Positions 19,315-27,805 of a stretch of DNA of 32,439 nucleotides are shown here, piece by piece. The DNA comes from a virus (Duplodnaviria; Caudoviricetes): positions 1 to 32,439 of IMG/VR virus record IMGVR_UViG_3300025653_000144; one strand, 5' to 3'. The notes below the pieces were generated by a model. That model had not been told where the DNA came from. It did not search any database and worked only from the letters and a program-made list of their open reading frames with translations. The position numbers and the translations under genes were made by a program. Each line of letters begins with the position of its first letter. Position 1 is the stretch's first letter.

Positions 19315-19371
19315 TTAAAAAGAAAAAAAGTTAAAAAAGATCTTGCCGGGGGTGAGTTCTTTTGTTTTCTT
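19315..19371 (+). promoter_or_regulatory. Putative early promoter
   Basis: A-tract UP-like element, then TTGCCG (19343-19348) and a weak -10, at the late/early boundary; followed by a short leader hairpin. Confidence 0.4.
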
Positions 19372-19416
19372 TCGTGTGTCGGAGGCAATGACGCCCGAGA
19401 CAAACCAAGAAAGAAA

Positions 19417-19635
19417 ATGACCACGGTAGACAGAAATCCTCAGACCCACGAATTTAATAACAAAAATTCCAAAATCACTCTTTTTATCTTGGGAAATAGA
19501 GCGTGGCAAATCGAAGAATCTTCCTGGGCTGACGATTCCACAACGGAAATCAGCATCGAGTATGCCCGAATTGTGTATGAAACGGAAATGCAAAACGTCA
19601 AACAAGGACTGAAGACATACACTAGAACCGCCTAA
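19417..19635 (+). CDS. Hypothetical early protein
   Basis: 72 aa ORF with A-rich initiation region after the putative promoter. Confidence 0.6.
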   Translation: MTTVDRNPQTHEFNNKNSKITLFILGNRAWQIEESSWADDSTTEISIEYARIVYETEMQNVKQGLKTYTRTA

Positions 19636-19679
19636 CTCACCACGGGGGCCGCGCATCCTTCACGCGGGAAACTTAATTC

Positions 19680-19805
19680 ATGAAAACAAAAACAAAGCCC
19701 GTGCAAATCCCCGTTGATCTGCACATCAAGTTAAAGGTCCTAGCCTCTGAAAAGGGGCTTTCGATCAGAGCATTTCTTGCACACCTTTTGAGAAAGACTT
19801 TGTGA
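19680..19805 (+). CDS. Ribbon-helix-helix (Arc/CopG-like) regulator, 41 aa
   Basis: Hand translation MKTKTKPVQIPVDLHIKLKVLASEKGLSIRAFLAHLLRKTL; below the ORF-track cutoff. Confidence 0.7.
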   Translation: MKTKTKPVQIPVDLHIKLKVLASEKGLSIRAFLAHLLRKTL

Positions 19806-20023
19806 TGAAGATTCTCAAAAGATTCGCGACCTACTACAAGACGAGGGGAGGGCGGGGCTTCATCAACCTTGGGATCTCTGTCCAAGAGTTGGAGGACCAG
19901 CATCCTTTCGGGGCAGATAAATTCTCCCCGTCGATGGCACAGGAGGTAGCCATCATCGGGGTTAAGAAGCTTCAGGAACTTGCCGACCTTGCAGGAGTTG
20001 AATTGGAAGATGTGGAATCATGA
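19805..20023 (+). CDS. Hypothetical protein
   Basis: Overlap-coupled on both sides. Confidence 0.6.
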   Translation: MKILKRFATYYKTRGGRGFINLGISVQELEDQHPFGADKFSPSMAQEVAIIGVKKLQELADLAGVELEDVES

Positions 20024-20247
20024 GTCTTGAACAGATTTTTGTAAGCGGACTTTTTGCCGTCCTAATCCTCGCCTTGATCCAGGCCGTGAGGATCGTTGCC
20101 CAAGCCTTTCGGGGGATGTGGGATGGAGATTCGTTTTCAGGGAGTGATCACCCTTGGGACTGTCAAGCGACCCGACAGACAAAACAGCGCGGCGGGACTG
20201 CCCGAAAGCGAAGCAGTGACAGGTCGGAGAGACGGCCAAAATCTTGA
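20020..20247 (+). CDS. Small membrane protein (3' half doubtful)
   Basis: N-terminal TM segment, ATGA coupling; C-terminal half overlaps several hairpins. Confidence 0.4.
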   Translation: MSLEQIFVSGLFAVLILALIQAVRIVAQAFRGMWDGDSFSGSDHPWDCQATRQTKQRGGTARKRSSDRSERRPKS

Positions 20248-20357
20248 CCGACTGGATGTCCACTCCCGGCCTTGAGACGCCGTAAAACCAACTTCCCACC
20301 CCTGCGCACCGTAATTGAGTGGCGGGGTTTCGGGGTGCCCAGACAGGGCTTTGAACT

Positions 20358-21143
20358 ATGAATAAACTGACACAATTAAAGACCGTTCTTTCATCTGACA
20401 AGATGCAGGAGCAATTCAGGGCCGCACTGCCCAAGCATCTGACAGCCGAGCGATTCGGACGGGTGGCTATCACTGCGCTAACGAGGACACCCAAGCTTGC
20501 TGACTGCACGCAAGAGAGCTTCTTCAAGTGCCTGCTGGATCTCTCAGCGATGGGCCTTGAGCCTGACGGGAGACGCGCACACTTGATCCCATACGGCAAG
20601 GAGGCGACTCTGGTGATTGATTACAAGGGCCTGGTCGAACTGGTCCGGAGATCCGGCGACGTTGCCAAGATCCACGCTGATGTAGTCTGCGAGAATGACA
20701 CTTTCAAGCATTCGATGGGCGAGGTGCAGGAGCATTCCTACGATCTCAAGAACGAACGGGGCGAACCGTATGCCGTTTACGCTCAAGTCACCCTCAAGGA
20801 TGGCTCAGTGCAGGCAGAGATCATGTCGAAGGCAGAGGTTGAACAGATCCGCCAGAAGTCGAGAGCCGGGAACTCTGGCCCTTGGAAAGACCACTGGAAC
20901 GAGATGGCGAAGAAGACTGCTTTCCGGCGACTCACCAAGTGGTTGACGCTTTCTCCCGAGATCATGGATGCGGTGACTAAGGCCGAGGAAACTGAGTTCA
21001 AGGGGATGCGTGATGTCACCCCCGAGCCATCCAAGGAGAAGACCCTAGAGTCCCTAGAAGCACTCGTGACCCCTCCCGAGGTTGAGGCCGAGCCATCATC
21101 AGAGGATCTCTGGGATAAAGAGGAACAGGAGGTGTCGAAATGA
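20358..21143 (+). CDS. recT: RecT-family single-strand annealing protein
   Basis: ALPKHLTAERF, GLEPD, LIPYG, IDYKGLVELVRRSG and PWKDHWNEMAKKT motifs. Confidence 0.95.
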   Translation: MNKLTQLKTVLSSDKMQEQFRAALPKHLTAERFGRVAITALTRTPKLADCTQESFFKCLLDLSAMGLEPDGRRAHLIPYGKEATLVIDYKGLVELVRRSGDVAKIHADVVCENDTFKHSMGEVQEHSYDLKNERGEPYAVYAQVTLKDGSVQAEIMSKAEVEQIRQKSRAGNSGPWKDHWNEMAKKTAFRRLTKWLTLSPEIMDAVTKAEETEFKGMRDVTPEPSKEKTLESLEALVTPPEVEAEPSSEDLWDKEEQEVSK

Positions 21144-21976
21144 TTGCTCACGCCGAAAAAGAACTGTTCCCCGATTGCAAGATTCACTTGATGGAGCAAC
21201 GAACTGATGAATGGTTTGAGGCTCGTAAGGGAAAACTTACCGGCTCTCAATTCGGGACATGGCTAGCCGAGAAGCCAGAATGCCGCTATACAGCATCAGA
21301 ACTGAGGCAGCAGATCTCTGAGCTTGTGGGTCAGGAGCCACCTAAAAACATGACCAAAGCCGCTCTCCTAGGTGAGTGCCAGGATCTAGGGATCAACCTC
21401 CCTAAGACCTACACGAAGACCACCGAGGAAGCGAGGAAGAAGGCAATCGCCAAGATCATCGGGCAGATGTCATCCTGCATTGTCCCCGACGAATGGGGAG
21501 TTGATCCAGATGGGCCGCCGCCGAGAAACCGAGGTCAATGGGCAATCTGGAACGGAATCAAGATGGAGTCAGAAGCTGAACAAGCTTTCGAGGTAGAGAC
21601 CGGCGAAGTGATCCGCAAGGTGGGATTCTGCACTCACTATTCTCAATTCGTTGGAGTCAGTCCAGACGGTCTGATTCGCGGCAAAAACATCGGCTTTGAA
21701 GGAAAGGCGCCATTGCCCGAAACCCATGCTCTCTACCTGTTAAATGGAGAACTACCAGAGCAATACAAGGCTCAGGTTCATGGCTCGATGGCGGCAACGG
21801 GGGCTGATGCCTGGTGGTTTCAAAGCTACTGCCCGGGGCTTCCTACCCTAAGGATCTTGGTTGAGCGTGATGAGTTCACGGAGCGCATGGAAACTGGGAT
21901 TAATCTTTTTGCCGACCATCTACGGCAGACGACTCTGGAGATCATCGGCATGATGAAAGGAGGTCGAAGTGAGTGA
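21140..21976 (+). CDS. YqaJ-like (lambda-exonuclease family) nuclease
   Basis: EQRTDEWFEARKGKLTGS, GVSPDGLI, FEGKAP and YKAQVHGSM; coupled to recT. Confidence 0.9.
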   Translation: MIAHAEKELFPDCKIHLMEQRTDEWFEARKGKLTGSQFGTWLAEKPECRYTASELRQQISELVGQEPPKNMTKAALLGECQDLGINLPKTYTKTTEEARKKAIAKIIGQMSSCIVPDEWGVDPDGPPPRNRGQWAIWNGIKMESEAEQAFEVETGEVIRKVGFCTHYSQFVGVSPDGLIRGKNIGFEGKAPLPETHALYLLNGELPEQYKAQVHGSMAATGADAWWFQSYCPGLPTLRILVERDEFTERMETGINLFADHLRQTTLEIIGMMKGGRSE

Positions 21977-22295
21977 CCACAAGCACACGCCGGGGCCGTG
22001 GGAGGTTTATTTAACGGGAGACAGTGTTTGCATCAAAAAAGGCAAAAAAAAATTGCCTCCGTTATCGATTTATCTATCAATTTTTGAGCGCAAAGCAAAC
22101 GCCCAACTCATCGCAGCCGCGCCGGAGTTGTTGGCGGCCTTGGAGACCGTTTGGTCTGTCATCGAAGATGCGCAGGGGCCGACAAGAAATTCATCAAATG
22201 AACTCGTCTCTTGGGAGGAAATAGCAAAGTCGGTTCAAAACGCAATCGCAAAAGCAACCGGAAAGGAGGCGCAGAATGAAACCGACTGCTTCTAA
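21969..22295 (+). CDS. Conserved phage protein (HTPGPW / NAQLIAAAP family)
   Basis: KHTPGPW, ANAQLIAAAPELLAALE and AIAKATG motifs. Confidence 0.8.
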   Translation: MSDHKHTPGPWEVYLTGDSVCIKKGKKKLPPLSIYLSIFERKANAQLIAAAPELLAALETVWSVIEDAQGPTRNSSNELVSWEEIAKSVQNAIAKATGKEAQNETDCF

Positions 22296-22636
22296 GACCA
22301 TGAGTGATAACACTAAATCCGATTGGTATTATTTTCGAGCAGAGAACTTTGCTTGCCCTCCGGCCATCATTGATAACAGGACAGGAAAGACGATTTGTGA
22401 GTTTGATTTAGCAGATACTCCGAGATGCGAAATAGATGATAACGCCCAACTCATCGCAGCCGCTCCTGACATGCTGGAGGCTTTGGAGGGGATTCTCACG
22501 CTGATCCAAGAGTCACATGGAGTCTTCGGTTTTCATCTCAACGGTGATCTTTCTGACTGGTCGGAGCATCAAGACGACATCAACTTAATTCAAAACGCAA
22601 TCGCCAAAGCAACCGGAAAGGAGGCGCGGAATGAAA
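22234..22636 (+). repeat. 48-bp direct repeat (22234-22281 and 22589-22636)
   Basis: TTCAAAACGCAATCGC(A/C)AAAGCAACCGGAAAGGAGGCGC(A/G)GAATGAAA, 2 mismatches. A 23-bp identical repeat also lies at 22098-22120 and 22441-22463. Confidence 0.9.
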
Positions 22637-22644
22637 ACGATTGA
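22276..22644 (+). CDS. Paralogue of preceding NAQLIAAAP-family protein
   Basis: DNAQLIAAAPDMLEALE, NAIAKATG; SD AAGGAGG upstream. Confidence 0.75.
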   Translation: MKPTASKTMSDNTKSDWYYFRAENFACPPAIIDNRTGKTICEFDLADTPRCEIDDNAQLIAAAPDMLEALEGILTLIQESHGVFGFHLNGDLSDWSEHQDDINLIQNAIAKATGKEARNEND

Positions 22645-22924
22645 AATCGAATGGATCACCGACCGGCGACCAACCGAGGGGGATAGCGATCAAGAGGACC
22701 TCGTCATGATCCCCAGTTCTTATTCTCAAAACTGGGACCTCGAACACTTTTATGAAATCAAAGACGGCGAACCGTGGCACCCAGTTCTAGCGGTCACGCC
22801 CTACGAAGAAACGAAAGAATCAGGACTCGACACCAGAACCGAATGGGCTCAAGTGATCGGCCTGCTCAACCACCACGGGCCGACGAAGATCCTCAAGCAC
22901 CTCAACCTGCCAGACGATGAATAA
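22631..22924 (+). CDS. Hypothetical protein
   Basis: SD AAGGAGG; EWITDRRPTEGD motif seen in small phage proteins. Confidence 0.7.
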   Translation: MKTIEIEWITDRRPTEGDSDQEDLVMIPSSYSQNWDLEHFYEIKDGEPWHPVLAVTPYEETKESGLDTRTEWAQVIGLLNHHGPTKILKHLNLPDDE

Positions 22925-23099
22925 AAAATCACCAATGGAAGGACGAGCAGGAGGGAAAAAGACTGCCGGAGTCCAGCAAAAATGGGAGCCGTTCTGCGAT
23001 GTTCGCAGGGCTTGTGAAAGATGGCTCGAAAGGAAAGGGCTCAAAATAACGCCGGAAGATTTCCGCGATTACTCACAATTTAAAAAGAAAATCAGATGA
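22917..23099 (+). CDS. Hypothetical basic protein
   Basis: 60 aa, overlap-coupled on both sides. Confidence 0.6.
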   Translation: MNKKSPMEGRAGGKKTAGVQQKWEPFCDVRRACERWLERKGLKITPEDFRDYSQFKKKIR

Positions 23100-23554
23100 A
23101 AAAAATATACATTGGAATCGACCCTGGGAAGTCTGGGGCAATCGCATTCCTACCGTCAGAGGGAGATCCTTGGATCGTGAGGCTAGACTATACGGACCAT
23201 GACATTAAAACCGCATTTTATGACGCCTTGCGTTATGGTTCTGAAATGGACTGGAAAACTTCAGCAGTCCTTGAAAAGGTTCACTCATCCCCGCAGATGG
23301 GCGTCAAGTCTTCCTTCTCTTTCGGTCAATCATTCGGGAAGCTTGAGATGCTACTAGCGTGCCTTCAGATCCCTTTTGAATATGTCACGCCATCAAAGTG
23401 GCAGGGTGACATGAAGTGCCGGACGAAGGGCGACAAGAACGTCACCAAGGCCGCAGCGCAGCGTCTTTTCCCGTCAATCAAGATCACTCATCGTAACGCT
23501 GACGCTTTGCTTTTGGCCGAGTATGCGCGACGAAAGGAAAGGGGGCTGCTGTGA
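23096..23554 (+). CDS. RuvC-like Holliday junction resolvase
   Basis: IYIGIDPGKSGAIA, VLEKVHS, SSFSFG, VTPSKWQ and ADALLLAEY. Confidence 0.88.
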   Translation: MKKIYIGIDPGKSGAIAFLPSEGDPWIVRLDYTDHDIKTAFYDALRYGSEMDWKTSAVLEKVHSSPQMGVKSSFSFGQSFGKLEMLLACLQIPFEYVTPSKWQGDMKCRTKGDKNVTKAAAQRLFPSIKITHRNADALLLAEYARRKERGLL

Positions 23555-23775
23555 GTGACCAGATCGATGCGAAATGGACAAACTTCCCGGTGTGCCCTTA
23601 TTGCGGGACAGAAAACCATGATTGGTGGGATAAGACTATCCTTAGAAATGATGGAGATACAGACTATTGTAAATGTGGATCATGTGGGGAAGAGTATCAT
23701 GTCACCCTGAGAGTTTCCTCTAAGTTCGCGACTGAGAAAATTTCACAACGTGGAGAGGAGTCCCATAGTGAGTGA
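23551..23775 (+). CDS. Small zinc-ribbon protein
   Basis: CPYC...CGSC pairs; GTGA overlap. Confidence 0.7.
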   Translation: MSDQIDAKWTNFPVCPYCGTENHDWWDKTILRNDGDTDYCKCGSCGEEYHVTLRVSSKFATEKISQRGEESHSE

Positions 23776-24106
23776 AGAATACACCGATACGACGGAGACC
23801 GATAATTTAGAGATCAGCATGGATGAGCAGGACTACGTCCCAGGAGACAAGCTGAGGCCATACGCCGATCTTTGCCGAAAGCTCGAACGAGAGCGGGACG
23901 ATTGGAAAGAGGAAGCCAAGCAAGAGAAGGCTAGGCGAGAGCGATCTGAGTCAAATTCAAATTATCGACGGAAGATAATTCAGAATATGATCGAGGAACT
24001 TCGTGCGATCACCCGTCAACGCGACGAGATGACCAAGCAGTTAAACAAGGCGATGGCCGAGAACCTTGAGCTTAGGGCGAACGCTCAAGAGCAGCCACCT
24101 GCGTAG
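23768..24106 (+). CDS. Coiled-coil hypothetical protein ending inside attC-like site a
   Basis: SD GGAGAGGAG before GTG 23768; TTETD...CRKLERERD; C-terminus ANAQEQPPA encoded by the hairpin. Confidence 0.7.
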   Translation: MSEEYTDTTETDNLEISMDEQDYVPGDKLRPYADLCRKLERERDDWKEEAKQEKARRERSESNSNYRRKIIQNMIEELRAITRQRDEMTKQLNKAMAENLELRANAQEQPPA

Positions 24107-24134
24107 CAGGTTGGTCTGCCGCGCCTTGTTCTCT
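24076..24134 (-). repeat. attC-like site a (59 bp)
   Basis: + strand: GGCGAAC-6 nt-GAGCAGCCACCTGC-GTA-GCAGGT(T)GG(T)CTG(C)CGC-5 nt-GTTCTCT; bulged bases on the right arm. Confidence 0.75.
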
Positions 24135-24170
24135 GCCGATTAGACGCCCCCGAAAATAAATGCACTTTTC

Positions 24171-24217
24171 TTTGATTAATTGCTTGCACGTAATCAAAAG
24201 GGGTGTAGTATAAAAAC
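24171..24217 (+). promoter_or_regulatory. Sigma70-type leaderless promoter with operator palindrome (copy 1)
   Basis: TTGCAC 24184-24189, 16 nt, TAGTAT 24206-24211, ATG 6 nt later; TTTGATTA-N12-TAATCAAA straddles the -35. Confidence 0.7.
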
Positions 24218-24481
24218 ATGAACAACACGACACCGCTTCACGACCCCATCATTAACGCCTCGATCACCACTATCCTCCGCTCCGACGACCGCGACTTCGC
24301 AATCGGACTTGCCGAGATGATCAACACCTTCCTCGCCGACGACGGCTTCGCCTTCCGCTTCGACACCGATGCGGCAACCCTCATGGACATCAAGATTGCC
24401 GCTAAGTCCTTTATCGCTACCTTCCTCCCCGTTGACCTCAACGCGGAGTGGGCAAACAAGCCGACCCAAATGGGCATTTAA
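24218..24481 (+). CDS. Hypothetical cargo protein of module 1
   Basis: 87 aa, C-rich codon usage distinct from neighbours, directly after promoter. Confidence 0.7.
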   Translation: MNNTTPLHDPIINASITTILRSDDRDFAIGLAEMINTFLADDGFAFRFDTDAATLMDIKIAAKSFIATFLPVDLNAEWANKPTQMGI

Positions 24482-24482
24482 G

Positions 24483-24656
24483 ATGAGAGGCGGCAAACGA
24501 GAGGGAGCGGGGCGCAAGCCCTGCAACACTCCCCGCGAGACAATCACAGTGCGGATCGAGCCGGAACACGCCGAACGATTCAGGGCGATCTGCGCGGCAA
24601 AGGGGAGATCGCAAGCGCAGCAAATCACCGAATGGATAAAACGCGCCCGATTGTAG
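24483..24656 (+). CDS. RGGKREGAGRKP-type ribbon-helix-helix-like DNA-binding protein (copy 1)
   Basis: MRGGKREGAGRKP...TITVRIEPEHAERFRAICAAKGRSQAQQITEWI; paralogue at 28779. Confidence 0.8.
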   Translation: MRGGKREGAGRKPCNTPRETITVRIEPEHAERFRAICAAKGRSQAQQITEWIKRARL

Positions 24657-24658
24657 GC

Positions 24659-24768
24659 AGAGAACGACTGAGGTATGCCATGGCGCGAGCAACCAGAAAG
24701 GAAACGACAATGAGTGAAAACAATGAACAACCCAGCGACTTGCCGTTGGCATCACCGTCTTGTTCGCC
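24659..24768 (-). repeat. attC-like site b (110 bp, contains SD and start codon)
   Basis: AGAGAAC-GACTGA-GGTATGCCA...TGGCAT(C)ACC-GTCTT-GTTCGCC. Confidence 0.75.
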
Positions 24769-24991
24769 TTGTTTTGTTGTCCTTGCGTTCCGATACGGAG
24801 GACACAGCAACACATTTCCGATTGGTGTCTTCCCTTCCCGCGAGGAAGCAGAGTCTGCTGCTCGTGCCCACCGATATTTTAGGGGCGGCAAATATGACCA
24901 CCGTATCTATGAGTTTGAATTCGGAAAGGCAAACGATGATGTGGGACACGCTTGCAACAACCGCCCTTGTATTGAGGCGAACGAGAAATGA
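24710..24991 (+). CDS. Hypothetical cassette protein
   Basis: SD AGAAAGGA and ATG 24710 inside site b; PIGVFPSREEAE motif; ends EANEK in site c. Confidence 0.7.
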   Translation: MSENNEQPSDLPLASPSCSPCFVVLAFRYGGHSNTFPIGVFPSREEAESAARAHRYFRGGKYDHRIYEFEFGKANDDVGHACNNRPCIEANEK

Positions 24992-25032
24992 ACAGGAACC
25001 GCGAAGAGGCTTCCTGATTCGAGATGTTGAAC
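24976..25032 (-). repeat. attC-like site c (57 bp)
   Basis: GGCGAAC...GAACAGGAACC...GG(C)TTCCTG(A)TTC-GAGAT-GTTGAAC; 33/39 identical to site e. Confidence 0.7.
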
Positions 25033-25042
25033 TAAAAAAATC

Positions 25043-25348
25043 ATGAATGAAAACAAACAAAAGGCATATCAAATTGTCGAAATACTCTCGCGAGTATCCG
25101 CAAAATGGGAGGTTAGTATTGACGAGATCCTATCTCCAACTAGGGGATGCGGATCGGCTCCCGAGGCTAGGTCGGTCGCAATGTATCTAGTTCAGGATGA
25201 GCTTGATATTCAGATGCTGAAGATCGCCAAAGTCTTCGGAGGCCGAGATCCTTCGACTGCTGGAAAAGCGGTTTCAAGGATTCGCAAAAGGATGGAACTC
25301 GATTCTGAATTTAGGGAAAAGGTAGAAAGCCTTTTTGAGAAGGCTTGA
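25043..25348 (+). CDS. Stand-alone DnaA domain IV-like HTH protein
   Basis: ARSVAMYL...IAKVFGGRDPSTAGKAVSRI resembles the DnaA C-terminal signature (RQIAMYL...FGGRDHTTV). Confidence 0.8.
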   Translation: MNENKQKAYQIVEILSRVSAKWEVSIDEILSPTRGCGSAPEARSVAMYLVQDELDIQMLKIAKVFGGRDPSTAGKAVSRIRKRMELDSEFREKVESLFEKA

Positions 25349-25401
25349 AAAGCTAGGCTAATCTCGATGCCTTTAAATCGAGATAATAACAACACGAGAA
25401 A

Positions 25402-26283
25402 ATGAAAAAACAAATTGAATGCCTCGATTCTAAAAACGGGGAAAACTGGCACCTGTTTCATGGTGATTGCGTGGAGGTTTCTTCACAACTTCCTGACGAG
25501 TCTATTGATCTTTCGATCTATTCTCCTCCTTTTGCTTCGCTTTATGTCTATTCTGATAGCGTTGCCGATATGGGTAATTGCAAAGATGATGATGAGTTCT
25601 TCGATCAGTATCGATTCATGATTAAAGAGAAATTCAGGATCACGAAGCCGGGCCGTCTCTCATGCGTTCATTGCATGGATCTCCCTTCGTCAAAGGGAAT
25701 GCATGGCTATATCGGACGCCGTGATTTCTCTGGGAAAATCATCAGGGAACATATCAAAGCGGGATGGATATTCCATTGTCGGGTGACTGTCTGGAAAGAT
25801 CCAGTCGTTGAGATGCAAAGAACAAAGGCGGTAGGACTGCTTCACAAAACCATCAAGAAGGATAGTTCAAGGTCACGCATGGGGAATCCTGACTATCTTC
25901 TCGTCTTTGTTAAACCGGGAGAAAACAAAGAGCCTATTTCACACACTGCCGAGGAGTTCCCGGTTGACCAGTGGCAGAAATGGGCTTCTCCGGTATGGAT
26001 GGACATCAACCAGACAAACGTGCTAAACGGCAGAGATGCTAGGACCGATAAAGATGAAAAACACATTTGCCCTTTGCAGTTAGACTTCATCTTGCGATGC
26101 CTGATTCTTTGGAGTAATCCCGGGGATGTTGTATTTTCTCCATTTTCTGGCATTGGGAGTGAGGGCTTTGTTTCAATTCAAAATGGCAGGAAATTTGTAG
26201 GAACAGAGCTAAAAGAATCTTACTTCAAACAGGCTTGTCGTTTCCTTGAAAAGGCCGAATCAGAAAAGGAGGTTTTGCTTTGA
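25402..26283 (+). CDS. DNA methyltransferase, N4-C/N6-A beta class
   Basis: HGDCVE, catalytic YSPPF before SAM-binding VFSPFSGIGSEG; KHICPLQLD. Confidence 0.92.
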   Translation: MKKQIECLDSKNGENWHLFHGDCVEVSSQLPDESIDLSIYSPPFASLYVYSDSVADMGNCKDDDEFFDQYRFMIKEKFRITKPGRLSCVHCMDLPSSKGMHGYIGRRDFSGKIIREHIKAGWIFHCRVTVWKDPVVEMQRTKAVGLLHKTIKKDSSRSRMGNPDYLLVFVKPGENKEPISHTAEEFPVDQWQKWASPVWMDINQTNVLNGRDARTDKDEKHICPLQLDFILRCLILWSNPGDVVFSPFSGIGSEGFVSIQNGRKFVGTELKESYFKQACRFLEKAESEKEVLL

Positions 26284-27626
26284 ATTACCAATCATTATTG
26301 GAAAGGAAGGCCAATCAAGTATCCATCGGGAAAACCGTAATTGATTGCAATCCTCATCCCAACGCGAAGCCACATCAGGCCGATTGTCTTGATATGCTTT
26401 TGAGCGTTAAGCGGGGAGCGGCTTTTCTTGATACTGGGCTAGGCAAGACCTTTCTCCAGCTAGATTGGGCAAGGCATATCCCTGGGGACGTTCTAATTGT
26501 AACGCCTCTTGCCGTAGCTCAACAGACAATCAGGGAGGCTAAAAAGCTTCTAGGAATGGAGATAGGCTTTTCATCAGATGGTGAGATTTCAAACAGAGTC
26601 ACTGTTACAAATTACGAAAGGATTCATCATTTTGATTGCTCCAGATTTCATGGGGTGGTTCTAGATGAAAGCTCTATTTTGAAGGGGCAGAACTCGAAGA
26701 CAAGAAAGCAACTAACTGAATCATTTAAGGATGCAGAGTTCAAGCTTTGTTGCACTGCGACTCCAGCCCCTAACGACTACACCGAGATAGGGAACCATTC
26801 CGAGTTCCTAGGGATCATGCCTCAAATGGAAATGCTTATGCGCTGGTTTGTCCATGACTCGGCCAATACTGCGGACTGGAGACTCAAGAAACACGCCGTG
26901 AAAGACTTCTGGGAATGGGTGGCAAGCTGGGCCGCCTGTGTTTCCAAGCCTTCTGACCTAGGGCATGATGACAGCGGATACGATCTCCCCCCGCTAACGA
27001 CTCACACTCATCTTTCTGAAGCTCCTTTAGATAAGCCGGAGGGGATGCTTTTTGATCTCCCCCAGGTTTCAGCAACGGGGCTCCATAAATCGGCTCGAAA
27101 GACTGCGGAGGAGAGATGTAAGAAGCTTTCTGATATGGTCAACGAATCGGATGAACCGTGGATCGTATGGTGCGAATCAAACAATGAGAGTGAGATGCTT
27201 GCCAAGCTCATCCCTGATGCGGTAGAGGTCAAAGGAAGCGATACGTTAGCAAAAAAGGAAGAGAACCTCTTAGCTTTCACCGACCAGAAAGCCAGGGTGA
27301 TTGTCAGCAAAGCTAAGATCTGCGGGTTTGGAATGAACTGGCAACATTGCCGGAAAATCGCATTTTGTTCAATCTCATATTCCTATGAGAGATTCTATCA
27401 AGCGGTCAGGAGATCTTGGAGATTTGGTCAAACTAAGCCTGTCGAGGTTCATGTTTTTATCGCTGATTCAGAGCTTGGAGTTTGGCGAGCGATTGAGAAC
27501 AAGACTAAGGGACATGACCAGATGAAAAAGGAGATGAGACACGCCGTCTTCAAGAAAGGAACCGACCTTCTGAGGAAGGTCGACTACAAGCCAAACTCGA
27601 AAAGCGAAATCCCTTCATTCTTATGA
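26280..27626 (+). CDS. SNF2-like superfamily 2 helicase
   Basis: DTGLGKT, VLDESS, TATPAPND, GFGMNWQHC and QAVRRSWRFGQ. Confidence 0.9.
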   Translation: MNYQSLLERKANQVSIGKTVIDCNPHPNAKPHQADCLDMLLSVKRGAAFLDTGLGKTFLQLDWARHIPGDVLIVTPLAVAQQTIREAKKLLGMEIGFSSDGEISNRVTVTNYERIHHFDCSRFHGVVLDESSILKGQNSKTRKQLTESFKDAEFKLCCTATPAPNDYTEIGNHSEFLGIMPQMEMLMRWFVHDSANTADWRLKKHAVKDFWEWVASWAACVSKPSDLGHDDSGYDLPPLTTHTHLSEAPLDKPEGMLFDLPQVSATGLHKSARKTAEERCKKLSDMVNESDEPWIVWCESNNESEMLAKLIPDAVEVKGSDTLAKKEENLLAFTDQKARVIVSKAKICGFGMNWQHCRKIAFCSISYSYERFYQAVRRSWRFGQTKPVEVHVFIADSELGVWRAIENKTKGHDQMKKEMRHAVFKKGTDLLRKVDYKPNSKSEIPSFL

Positions 27627-27733
27627 AGACACTCGAAAAGAAATTCCGTTCGATAGATGCTGAATCTTGGAATGAGTCATCGAGGCCGATAGTATAGATA
27701 TTGACGAGGGAGTGAATGCCCGAACCAACCTTG

Positions 27734-27801
27734 AGCCTCTTGATGGGCGCAGATTCATTCACCGGGGAAACCCGTTCTGCGTTCCTCAAGAGGCTTTTTT
27801 T
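27734..27801 (+). terminator. Long structured leader / terminator-like hairpin just before the initiator start
   Basis: AGCCTCTTGA (27734-27743) pairs with TCAAGAGGCT (27786-27795); inner GGGCGCAGA/TCTGCGTTC; CGGG-GAAA-CCCG tetraloop; T7 run. Confidence 0.7.
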
Positions 27802-27805
27802 ACCA

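Noticed and set aside
19642-19667. CCGCG-N9-CGCGG hairpin after the first early gene
   Set aside because: Single copy, 5-bp stem, no U-tract; not enough to call a feature.
23724-23731. GTTCGCGA as the partner box of site a
   Set aside because: Only 6 matching bases, inside a coding region and with no hairpin upstream; could be chance.
25402-27626. Methyltransferase + helicase as a restriction or defence system
   Set aside because: No nuclease domain seen; this pair is common in phage replication regions.
27623-27697. 24-codon ORF coupled to the helicase stop
   Set aside because: Too short to support; a leader-peptide role cannot be shown from sequence.
27716-27805. N-terminal 30 codons of the 273-aa ORF
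   Set aside because: Coincides with the long hairpin and U-tract; ATG 27806 is the more plausible start.
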